In this document: positions 1 to 6,367 of the stretch, in pieces
How positions within the stretch are numbered: the stretch's first letter is position 1
How the letters are laid out: the number at the start of each line of letters is the position of its first letter
Assembly (NCBI GenBank): GCA_964463155.1
Contig: CAYXAY010000028.1
Location: forward strand, 1 to 9,480
Direction of reading: 5' to 3'
Length of the DNA: 9,480 bases
Source of the DNA: an uncultured archaeon
GTDB lineage: Archaea; Iainarchaeota; Iainarchaeia; Iainarchaeales; CSSED10-239
Made by a program: the position numbers and the translations under genes
Notes under the pieces: model-generated
Told to the model about the DNA's origin: nothing
Database searches by the model: none
Seen by the model: only the letters and a program-made list of their open reading frames with translations

Positions 1-184
1 TTTCAATTTTGATACAAGTTACAGGACAGCTATTTGCTGCAACTTGATTACAGCCAATCTCATTCACTTTTGTTTTCTTTGGCACTGGCTTGTCTCCTTT
101 AAATTCCCAATTATCTGGACAAACAGCAACGCAAGCACCACAACCTACACATTTGTTTTTGTCTTGATTAATTTTAAAGCTCAT
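1..184 (-). CDS. Small monocluster (Pyrococcus/Thermotoga-type) ferredoxin, N-terminal 61 codons; 3' end runs off the window
   Basis: Hand translation of the minus strand from the ATG (complement of 182-184) gives MSFKINQDKNKCVGCGACVAVCPDNWEFKGDKPVPKKTKVNEIGCNQVAANSCPVTCIKIE..., open to base 1. C12-x2-C15-x2-C18 plus distal C53-P54 is the classic four-Cys ligand set of a single Fe-S cluster. The extra C22(-P) and C45 sit where the disulfide pair of Pyrococcus-type ferredoxins sits. A minus-strand GAGG (complement of 194-197) lies 9 nt upstream of the ATG. The ORF is absent from the track only because no stop lies in the window. The + strand ORF 44..259 is its antisense shadow. Confidence 0.85.
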   Translation of the reverse strand, partial: MSFKINQDKNKCVGCGACVAVCPDNWEFKGDKPVPKKTKVNEIGCNQVAANSCPVTCIKIE

Positions 185-288
185 TTGTTTTTTCCTCTTT
201 TAATTGCGAATAATAAAATAGAAAATAAACATGTATTTAAATGTTTCTTTCCTTTATAAATATATTTTAATCTTAAAAAAGATGTATA
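185..288. promoter_or_regulatory. Divergent A/T-rich promoter region between the ferredoxin and platform genes
   Basis: 104-bp spacer. On the + strand, TTTATAAATA at 253-262 lies 27-36 nt upstream of ATG 289 with no purine-rich SD in between. This fits an archaeal TATA box driving a leaderless or near-leaderless mRNA. On the - strand, an A/T block TATTTAAAT (234-242) lies about 50 nt upstream of the ferredoxin ATG, followed by the GAGG SD. Transcription starts cannot be determined from sequence alone. Confidence 0.4.
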
Positions 289-2514
289 ATGCCAGACAAT
301 TATAAAAAAATCAAGGTTTCCAAAGAGATGCCTGGTGAAATCTACAGTTCAATATCTGTGGATTCAAGAGACTTCTCCAAACCTTCTGATAAGCTTTCTA
401 AGAAGAAATCAGACCGTTATGTTGACATCTGCAGAAAAATATACAACTGGCTTCCAAGTCTAGGGCATAATGGAAAATACACAGAGGAATATCAAAAGGC
501 AATTGATTTTCTTGATTGGGATCTTAATCCTCAAGAATATACAGCAGCAGTAAAGTTTACATTGATTGCAGGAATACTTATTGCTGTTCTTTTTTCTGGG
601 TTTATTTGGATTTTTTTAAATGAAATAATATCTAATGCCTTTGGCTCTCCAATCTTTGCCATGTTTTTAATTTTTGGTGTTCCGTTTTTATTGTTTTTTT
701 ATTTGTATAATTTTGTTTTAAGATATCCTTTAAAGAAAGTGCAGAATGAAAAAATAAAAGCTTTGACATTTGTTCCTGAAATCTTAGGTTACATGATTAT
801 GTCAATGAAATTGGTACCAAATCTTGAAAAAGCAATTGAGTTTGCTTCAGAGCACGGACATGGAAAGATTGCTGAGGATTTGAAAAAGCTTCTTTGGGAA
901 GTAAAAGTTGGAATAAAAAACAGTGTTGCTGAAGGTTTAGATGATTTGGCTTATCGTTGGGGAGATGTTTCAATTGAACTTAAGAAAGGGCTAATGAAGA
1001 TTAGGGCATCAATTATTGAATCTTCAGAAAGTAAAAGATTTCAGCTTCTTGACCAGACAATGAATGAGACTTTGGTTTCAGTCAAAGGAAAACTTGAAGA
1101 CTATGCAAGAACCCTAAACCAGCCAGCAACAGTTATGTTTTATCTTGGTATTCTTTTGCCATTGTTACTAATCATTGTTCTTCCAGTTGGTTCAGCATTT
1201 TCAGGTTCAGCTCTTGCTCAACCAATCTATTTGATTTTGATTTACAATATTGCAATACCTCTTTGTTGTTTTTTCTTTGCTAGGGGAATTATTAAGAAAA
1301 GACCACCAACCTACAATCCCCCAAATATTCCAGACGATTATCCTGGTCTTCCAAAAAAGAACCATGTTAGATGGAACCAAACCCAAATAAATGTTTTTAT
1401 TTTGATTGCAATTCTTTTGTTTGGTGGAATCTTTATTGGCTTTACTTTGCAAAAGACACTTGGAATGACAAAGGAAAAGGTTCTAGAAGAAGAGTTTGGA
1501 ACAGCAACGCCTGTTTGGGAATGTACAGACAGAGAGGTTTTACAAAAAAAAAACAATCCAGGTTTTGTTTGTGTGACACAGGAAAGGCAGTTTTGGCAAG
1601 ACCCTAAAAACTCTATTGTCCCATATTTCTTAATTTTTTCAATATTAATTTCTGTAGCGTTATCAATATCGCTTTGGTGTTATGCGACTAGCGTTTATAA
1701 AAGAAAGATTCAGTTGTCAACTGAGACTCAAGAAAAAGAGTTTAAGGACGCATTATACATTATTGCTAGTCGTCTTGGTGAGAATAAGCCAATTGAGGAT
1801 GCCTTTGACCATACAAGACATTTCCTACCAAAATCAATGGTTGCAAAGGATATTTTTGGTAAAACTGTCGATAACATTAGAGTATTAGGACTAACACTGG
1901 AGTCTGCTGTCTTTGACAGAACCTACGGCGCCTTAAAGAACAATCCTTCAACAATCATTAGAAGTGCTATGAGACTGGTTGTTGATTCTGTTCAGATGGG
2001 CGTTAATGTTGCTGCAAAGACCCTTATTTCTTATTCTATGCAACTAAGAAACACAGATGAGATTAATCGTTTGTTGTCAACTTTGATTGCAGAGATTACT
2101 GGAACATTAAACAGCATGGCTAAGTTTATTGGGCCAATAATACTAGGGGTAACAACCACTCTTCATAAGATAGTTATTTCAACTTTAGCATCAGTTGCTA
2201 GTAGTGGTGCTATCCAAGAGATGTCTCAGTCTCTAGAAAATATACAGAGTGGAGACATAGGAATGAATCTTGGTTCAATTTCTTCTTTTGGAAACGCAAT
2301 CAATGTCGATATTGTTGGTAAGCTTGCAGGCGCAACAACCTTTACAATTATTGTTGCGATCTATCTGATTGAGATAGTTCTAATTATGACTTACTTTACA
2401 ACAATGATAGAGCAAGAAAACATGATACTTGTTAAGCACAGGATTGCAAGTACTCTTCCAATTGCCGTTGCTTTGTTTATTATAACAATAATTTTAGCAA
2501 ACTTGATATTATGA
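289..2514 (+). CDS. Type IV filament platform protein, FlaJ/TadC/PilC (T2SS-F) family-like, 741 aa, ~9 TM
   Basis: Long ORF with only short nested or antisense ORFs competing. Hydrophobic segments read by eye at aa ~87-109, 120-144, 281-300, 311-332, 367-387, 444-467, 611-636, 682-703 and 721-741. There are two soluble ~120-aa repeats: aa ~155-275 (..ILGYMIMSMKLVPNLEKAIEFASEHGHGKIAEDLKKLLWEVKVGIKNSVAEGLDDLAYRW..) and aa ~483-600 (..FKDALYIIASRLGENKPIEDAFDHTRHFLPKSMVAKDIFGKTVDNIRVLGLTLESAVFD..). Both follow the helical T2SS-F pattern. Two such repeats separated by TM hairpins is the FlaJ/PilC architecture. The gene is followed by prepilin-like genes. The family call is pattern recognition, not a search result. 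Confidence 0.8.
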   Translation: MPDNYKKIKVSKEMPGEIYSSISVDSRDFSKPSDKLSKKKSDRYVDICRKIYNWLPSLGHNGKYTEEYQKAIDFLDWDLNPQEYTAAVKFTLIAGILIAVLFSGFIWIFLNEIISNAFGSPIFAMFLIFGVPFLLFFYLYNFVLRYPLKKVQNEKIKALTFVPEILGYMIMSMKLVPNLEKAIEFASEHGHGKIAEDLKKLLWEVKVGIKNSVAEGLDDLAYRWGDVSIELKKGLMKIRASIIESSESKRFQLLDQTMNETLVSVKGKLEDYARTLNQPATVMFYLGILLPLLLIIVLPVGSAFSGSALAQPIYLILIYNIAIPLCCFFFARGIIKKRPPTYNPPNIPDDYPGLPKKNHVRWNQTQINVFILIAILLFGGIFIGFTLQKTLGMTKEKVLEEEFGTATPVWECTDREVLQKKNNPGFVCVTQERQFWQDPKNSIVPYFLIFSILISVALSISLWCYATSVYKRKIQLSTETQEKEFKDALYIIASRLGENKPIEDAFDHTRHFLPKSMVAKDIFGKTVDNIRVLGLTLESAVFDRTYGALKNNPSTIIRSAMRLVVDSVQMGVNVAAKTLISYSMQLRNTDEINRLLSTLIAEITGTLNSMAKFIGPIILGVTTTLHKIVISTLASVASSGAIQEMSQSLENIQSGDIGMNLGSISSFGNAINVDIVGKLAGATTFTIIVAIYLIEIVLIMTYFTTMIEQENMILVKHRIASTLPIAVALFIITIILANLIL

Positions 2515-3053
2515 AATTAAAACTTTCAAGAAAAGGAGACAGTGAAAGCTTTGAGACTTTTCGTTTACTTATAGCTTTTGTTCTTGCAACAGCTGTTCTT
2601 GTAATTATAATAAGTATGATTTCAAGCACTAACAAGCAATCAATACTTATCAGTGAGCAGAAACTAAAAGAAGGAGTGCAATCAGCAGTAAAGAGTGCTG
2701 GAACAAGCGCAGAGTTTCCTTTTGTTATTGAGGACTTGATGCTTAGAGGAACAATATCAAAGACAACGATAAGCAATTACTCTGGGCTTTCAAAAGAATG
2801 TATAGCCTTTGTTGGCGGTTCTCAGATGATTCCTACAGATGTAAATGTTGATGGATTAAGAATAAAACCCTCATATCTTAAGATGAATATCTGGGTTTAT
2901 TGTAATTTCCAATCAAATAACCAAACTTTGCCATTGTCTTTATCTAGTCTTAGTGTAGATAGGCAGATAAATCAAGATTCTGATGTGTGTCCGAGATATT
3001 GTGTGTTTTTCTTTAATAGAAAACCTGAAGGCCTATATAACTCCGGAAATTAA
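2511..3053 (+). CDS. Prepilin-like protein with class III signal peptide (180 aa), translationally coupled to the platform gene
   Basis: ATGA start/stop overlap with the platform gene (2511-2514). N-terminus is MKLKLSRKG|DSESFETFRLLIAFVLATAVLVIIISMI (basic leader, Gly, acidic/polar residues, then ~22 hydrophobic residues). It has 4 Cys (97, 131, 160, 164). Length and the C-terminal motifs NIWVYCNFQSN and YCVFFFNRKPE parallel YKVIMCVICSNS and VICVIYPRKTR of the 3805..4335 product. Confidence 0.75.
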   Translation: MKLKLSRKGDSESFETFRLLIAFVLATAVLVIIISMISSTNKQSILISEQKLKEGVQSAVKSAGTSAEFPFVIEDLMLRGTISKTTISNYSGLSKECIAFVGGSQMIPTDVNVDGLRIKPSYLKMNIWVYCNFQSNNQTLPLSLSSLSVDRQINQDSDVCPRYCVFFFNRKPEGLYNSGN

Positions 3054-3100
3054 TATTTAAAAATTATTCTTAACATAATATTTATAGAAAGTGATAATGT

Positions 3101-3598
3101 ATGAATATACTAACAAAAATCTTGTTTATAATTCTTGCAATAGCTGTACTTGCATTGGGTTTTTTAGTTGGGACCTTTATACTTATTTTTATATTTGCTT
3201 TATTGGTACTAATGACTTTGTTGTTTATAGTCATCTGGCTGTTTAACAACATAGTGACTGTGTTTAAAAGCAATCTTGCAAAGCTTGCCTTTAAATCCAT
3301 ATTCTCAATATTAGTAACTTATGGTATTATGGAGTTATTCTGGATATTTACAAGTAAATATTTCATTCAGATGGACAAGACAATAGCAATCTGCACTCTT
3401 TGGGTGGTAGCAGCCATATTCTTTGGAGCATTATGGTATTTACTACATATCAAGCATCAAAACAAAAAGCACCATCAATATCTTTGGGACGAATACAAGA
3501 GGGATTCTAGTAAGCTAAACACGTGGGATGCAATAATGATGGTAATCATGCCATCAATAATCCTTTATGTCTTTAATGCAGTTCATCTTATCATATAA
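3101..3598 (+). CDS. Hypothetical polytopic membrane protein (165 aa, ~5 TM) embedded in the pilin locus
   Basis: ATG preceded by AAGTGAT (3089-3095, partial SD). Very hydrophobic: ILFIILAIAVLALGFLVGTFILIFIFALLVLMTLLFIVIWLF, SIFSILVTYGIMELFWIF, IAICTLWVVAAIFFGALWYLL and AIMMVIMPSIILYVFNAVHLI. It has a His/Lys-rich loop HIKHQNKKHHQY. I recognise no family motif. Confidence 0.7.
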   Translation: MNILTKILFIILAIAVLALGFLVGTFILIFIFALLVLMTLLFIVIWLFNNIVTVFKSNLAKLAFKSIFSILVTYGIMELFWIFTSKYFIQMDKTIAICTLWVVAAIFFGALWYLLHIKHQNKKHHQYLWDEYKRDSSKLNTWDAIMMVIMPSIILYVFNAVHLII

Positions 3599-3630
3599 AC
3601 CCCAAGTATCTCCTAAGCTAGGTTCTGTAA

Positions 3631-3666
3631 AAATCCTTTTAGAATATTAATATTGTAAAAGGGTTT
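3631..3666. repeat. 36-bp near-perfect palindrome (16 of 18 positions pair) in the 206-bp intergenic region upstream of the candidate major pilin gene
   Basis: AAATCCTTTTAGAATATT|AATATTGTAAAAGGGTTT, symmetric about 3648/3649. The mismatches are 3642/3655 (g/g) and 3634/3663 (t/g, which would be a G-U pair in RNA). It lies 33 nt after the stop of 3101..3598 and about 80-130 nt upstream of the TATA-like boxes of 3805..4335. It could be an operator or an RNA hairpin. Confidence 0.6.
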
Positions 3667-3742
3667 CTATAGTCCTGCAAAGAATATAACAAGATTTAAA
3701 AAGATTTTGGTAATATAATTTTTGTTAATATATTTATTTTTC

Positions 3743-3795
3743 AATAAATATTAGTTATATAGTGTCTTTAAAAAAAAGAAAACACAAAAAGGTGA
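3743..3795 (+). promoter_or_regulatory. Candidate promoter and Shine-Dalgarno for the major pilin gene
   Basis: TATA-like AATAAATATT (3743-3752) and TTATATAG (3755-3762) lie 40-60 nt upstream of ATG 3805. GGTGA at 3791-3795, 9 nt before the ATG, is the clearest SD in the window. A phased direct repeat AAGATTT at 3691-3697 and 3701-3707 lies further upstream. This is the only long intergenic gap inside the locus. Confidence 0.4.
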
Positions 3796-3804
3796 AAAAA
3801 GATT

Positions 3805-4335
3805 ATGTTAAAATTAAACAAAAAAGGACAAGCATCATCAACATTTCAATTATTGATTGCTGCAGTTGTTGCACTTGCAATACTTGGAGTTTTATTAAGT
3901 ATATTAAATGTAATTCCAGGAATGAACACAAAACCAGGAGATGCTACTAAAACCTTATTAAAAAGCCAAATGGATAGACCTGGAGAAGAACAATGCACCA
4001 CAAAAGTAACTTTTGATACAAGTTCTGCTAGATTATCTGCTGAAGCAATAACCACAGATACTGGATCAAATGCAGACCAAGTTTTTTTTGCTAATCCAGA
4101 AGAGCTCTCGCAATTTGAACCTAGTGGGACTGGGGGTGTAGAAAACCAATTACTTAAATATAATTCCACAAATACCTATAAAGTAATTATGTGTGTTATT
4201 TGTTCTAATAGTAAAACCGGGTTAGGAAATGCCATAGTGCTTAATCGTAGAGACGGTGATACGAACATAACTGTGCCAACTAGCATACAAGATAACCAAG
4301 TTATTTGTGTAATTTATCCAAGAAAAACAAGGTAG
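3805..4335 (+). CDS. Prepilin-like protein with class III signal peptide (176 aa); candidate major filament subunit
   Basis: N-terminus MLKLNKKG|QASSTFQLLIAAVVALAILGVLLSIL. It has its own promoter-like region and a strong SD. It has 4 Cys (64, 130, 133, 168), N-x-S/T sequons (NST, NIT), and a C-terminal Cys-hydrophobic strand-basic tail (QVICVIYPRKTR). Confidence 0.8.
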   Translation: MLKLNKKGQASSTFQLLIAAVVALAILGVLLSILNVIPGMNTKPGDATKTLLKSQMDRPGEEQCTTKVTFDTSSARLSAEAITTDTGSNADQVFFANPEELSQFEPSGTGGVENQLLKYNSTNTYKVIMCVICSNSKTGLGNAIVLNRRDGDTNITVPTSIQDNQVICVIYPRKTR

Positions 4336-4342
4336 ATAATTT

Positions 4343-4567
4343 ATGAACTTCAAACAAGAGTTTAAGAGGTTATTGATGGATAAGAGAGCTCAAGCTGATG
4401 GGGCTTCTACTCTCTATATGTTAATCATCATAGCCATAGTTGCTCTTGTCCTTATTTCTGTTATTAAACCTATGTTTAATAGCAGTATGAAAACACAAAT
4501 GAATGTTGCAGATTTGCCTAATCAAGGAACACCAGCTACACCAACGGTTAACAACACGCCTTCTTAA
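4343..4567 (+). CDS. Very short prepilin-like protein (74 aa from ATG 4343; 63 aa if translation starts at ATG 4376)
   Basis: ..MDKRA|QADGASTLYMLIIIAIVALVLISVIKPMF, followed by a short polar Thr/Pro-rich tail (PNQGTPATPTVNNTPS). It has no Cys. The internal ATG 4376 is preceded by GAGGT (4366-4370, 5-nt spacer) and would give a typical short class III leader. ATG 4343 is preceded by AGGT (4330-4333). The stop is the same either way. Confidence 0.7.
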   Translation: MNFKQEFKRLLMDKRAQADGASTLYMLIIIAIVALVLISVIKPMFNSSMKTQMNVADLPNQGTPATPTVNNTPS

Positions 4568-4577
4568 ATAACAAACC

Positions 4578-4605
4578 TTTTTAAATTCTTTTTCTATATT
4601 TATTT
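4578..4605 (+). terminator. Two oligo-T tracts (possible archaeal terminator/attenuator) overlapping a TATA-like box for the SD-less downstream gene
   Basis: T5 at 4578-4582 and T5 at 4589-4593 lie directly after the short pilin gene. TTTTTAAATT (4578-4587) lies 24-33 nt upstream of ATG 4611, which has no SD. This is consistent with partial termination after the major subunits and/or an internal promoter for a leaderless minor-pilin mRNA. Not verifiable from sequence alone. Confidence 0.3.
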
Positions 4606-4610
4606 CTAAC

Positions 4611-5207
4611 ATGAAAAATATATTTTTGATTAAAAGTAATAGAGCCCAAGCAAGTGCGCCTTTTGAAGTGCTTGTTGCTGTTATCCTTATGGGCTTTGTT
4701 ATTGTTGCTGGGACATGGGCATTAATGAATCTTTCACAAAGCACATGTATAGGAAACAAAAGACAAAGCATGAGTGAATTAAAAGAAGCAATAACGGATG
4801 TTGTTCTTGGTTCTGACTTAACAATCAAAAATATTAATTTTGATGTTCAACCTTGCTTTAAACAAAGCTATGAGTTTATTAATCTTGTAACCTATAATAA
4901 TCCTACAAAATGTAATGCTTATTGTGGTGGCGGAAACAACTGTATTCTTTTAGAATACACTTATGATGATGAAAAGACAAGAAAACAACCAATACCTCCA
5001 ATCTGTATGGATCTGCCCACAGCAATCAGTTTTGTTGACTCAACAGAATCTTGTGGAGTAAATAATGACGACTGGGTAGCAATGAACCTTATGCGAGGAC
5101 CAACTCAACAACGCAGTAACATAGTTTCAGGAAAATACAGGTTGTTCATGCAAAGCGGAACAAATAGTAATATTTCAAGACAAATGTGTTTTTTAAGAAA
5201 GATATAA
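4611..5207 (+). CDS. Cys-rich prepilin-like protein with class III signal peptide (198 aa)
   Basis: MKNIFLIKSNRA|QASAPFEVLVAVILMGFVIVAGTWAL. The predicted exported part has 8 Cys (STC, QPC, TKC, AYC, NNC, PIC, ESC, QMC). The C-terminus QMCFLRKI repeats the Cys-hydrophobic-basic ending of the 2511 and 3805 products. Confidence 0.75.
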   Translation: MKNIFLIKSNRAQASAPFEVLVAVILMGFVIVAGTWALMNLSQSTCIGNKRQSMSELKEAITDVVLGSDLTIKNINFDVQPCFKQSYEFINLVTYNNPTKCNAYCGGGNNCILLEYTYDDEKTRKQPIPPICMDLPTAISFVDSTESCGVNNDDWVAMNLMRGPTQQRSNIVSGKYRLFMQSGTNSNISRQMCFLRKI

Positions 5208-5208
5208 A

Positions 5209-5859
5209 ATGATTGAATTTTCTTTATCAAAACTAAATATGCTAATCTTTGTTACAGCAGTAGCAGCAATAGTTATATTTTTTATGGCAGCAGTAAATTC
5301 TAATATGAAAACAAGGCAAAGCTATGAGCTTGTCTACAAGGTTGGAAAAGAATTAAAGACTGGAATTGAAAGCAATAGCTATTGTACAGTTAAGTTCATA
5401 TATATCCCAAAAACAATACAAACAAATTCAGGAAGCTCTGATGTCTTTAATATAAAATATAAACTAAATATTTCTGTATACAATCGTGAGCCGAAAACAC
5501 TTGTGTTTGCTATTCTTGACCGAAAAACACATAAGCAAAGAATATATGCTGCAGAGTCAATTGATTACAATGGAGAGATTAAACTTTATAAGTCAAATTG
5601 TACGAATACTGATTGTAATATTGTACTAGTAGAAGACAGAAATTCAGTAGACTATGACCCTTTAAAGGCAAGTTCAATAGACACAACAATATTGTTTGCA
5701 AAAACTATAGATGATGGAAAGCCAAAGGTATATTTGATGCCTTGCCTTTATAAAAACGGCATATATTCTTGTAATGATTTTTTAAATAGTAATAACCTAT
5801 TTAAAATAATTCCGTGCTTAAAGTCTGTTCCTGAACTTAATGAGACGACGCCAACATGA
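5209..5859 (+). CDS. Exported/anchored protein with N-terminal hydrophobic helix, pilin-like but without a canonical [KR]-[GA] cleavage motif (216 aa)
   Basis: Starts 1 nt after the upstream stop (TAAAATG). N-terminus is MIEFSLSKLNMLIFVTAVAAIVIFFMAAV. It has 6 Cys in the exported part and sequons NIS, NCT and NET. Position inside the coupled pilin block supports a minor-subunit role. The pilin call itself is weaker than for its neighbours. Confidence 0.6.
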   Translation: MIEFSLSKLNMLIFVTAVAAIVIFFMAAVNSNMKTRQSYELVYKVGKELKTGIESNSYCTVKFIYIPKTIQTNSGSSDVFNIKYKLNISVYNREPKTLVFAILDRKTHKQRIYAAESIDYNGEIKLYKSNCTNTDCNIVLVEDRNSVDYDPLKASSIDTTILFAKTIDDGKPKVYLMPCLYKNGIYSCNDFLNSNNLFKIIPCLKSVPELNETTPT

Positions 5860-6359
5860 ACAAAAAAGGATATATCGGAGCAATTGGAGATGATCTTCCA
5901 AGTCTTATACCAATCTTTTTAGGTATAACAATCTTCTTTGCTGTGTTTTTAAACACCTACAATGTCTATAGAAACAACACAGACCTTTATTCCCTAAGAA
6001 ACGACGCAATTAACATTTCAGCAATCATGAAAGAAGAACCATTAATCTCTGATAGAAACCAGTTTTTAAAATCCTGTCAAAGAGTAAACACCAAATATAA
6101 TTGGAATGCATTTATTACTCCCGCGCATTTAAACTCGCAAAATTATGAGGGGCTTTCGCCTAATGACTTAAACAATAATGTGTTACTGCGCCATTGGGAT
6201 TCTTCTGTAACGGATTATCTAATCTGCAGTAATGATGGACTAGATATTTTAAAAAACGCACTAAAAACAAAAGATGTAACAATTTATAAATACCCAATAA
6301 GTGTTCAAGAAAAATTCTATGTTGCGCCTGCTTGGCTATATGTGGTTGTTTGGAAGTGA
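5856..6359 (+). CDS. Prepilin-like protein with class III-like signal peptide (167 aa)
   Basis: ATGA overlap with the upstream gene (5856-5859). N-terminus is MNKKG|YIGAIGDDLPSLIPIFLGITIFFAVFL. It has 2 Cys and sequons NNT and NIS. Confidence 0.65.
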   Translation: MNKKGYIGAIGDDLPSLIPIFLGITIFFAVFLNTYNVYRNNTDLYSLRNDAINISAIMKEEPLISDRNQFLKSCQRVNTKYNWNAFITPAHLNSQNYEGLSPNDLNNNVLLRHWDSSVTDYLICSNDGLDILKNALKTKDVTIYKYPISVQEKFYVAPAWLYVVVWK

Positions 6360-6367
6360 TTAAAAGG

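Noticed and set aside
44-259. 71-aa + strand ORF (TTG start) at the window start
   Set aside because: It is the antisense shadow of the minus-strand ferredoxin, which has clear Fe-S motifs. The ORF's own product is low-complexity and hydrophobic with no signals.
1207-1888. Four short ORFs (1207..1452 -, 1338..1556 -, 1371..1607 +, 1682..1888 +)
   Set aside because: All are nested in or antisense to the 741-aa platform gene, whose frame is continuous and carries recognisable domain patterns. None has an independent start signal.
2480-2776. 98-aa minus-strand ORF
   Set aside because: It is antisense to the platform/pilin junction. The + strand reading gives a coherent class III signal peptide and ATGA coupling.
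3082-3300. 72-aa minus-strand ORF
   Set aside because: It is antisense to the 5-TM membrane protein gene, whose hydrophobic periodicity supports the + frame.
3101-3598. Idea that the small polytopic protein is the missing prepilin peptidase (PibD/FlaK/EppA)
   Set aside because: It is too short and lacks the two conserved catalytic Asp motifs, including the G-x-G-D-type motif of A24-family peptidases. Only a generic membrane protein call is supportable.
3762-3950. 62-aa + strand ORF (GTG start) overlapping the start of the major pilin gene
   Set aside because: It starts inside the A-rich promoter/5'UTR, giving an artefactual Lys-rich peptide. It is out of frame with the well-supported pilin ORF, which has the SD.
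1-4567. Idea that the ultra-short pilin next to a ferredoxin is a Geobacter-like conductive e-pilin
   Set aside because: The mature peptide has only one Tyr and one Phe, so it lacks the dense aromatic spacing of e-pilins. The ferredoxin is divergently transcribed, and its adjacency is probably incidental.
3846-4828. Minus-strand ORFs 3846..4169 and 4421..4828
   Set aside because: They are antisense to pilin genes. The second spans an intergenic region and parts of two + strand genes. Neither has promoter or SD support.
6332-6367. N-terminal extension (TTG start, MAICGCLEVIKR) of the last pilin gene
   Set aside because: It needs a TTG start and a 28-nt overlap with the upstream gene. ATG 6368 yields a leader (MLQIKTRKG|Q) matching the other pilins.
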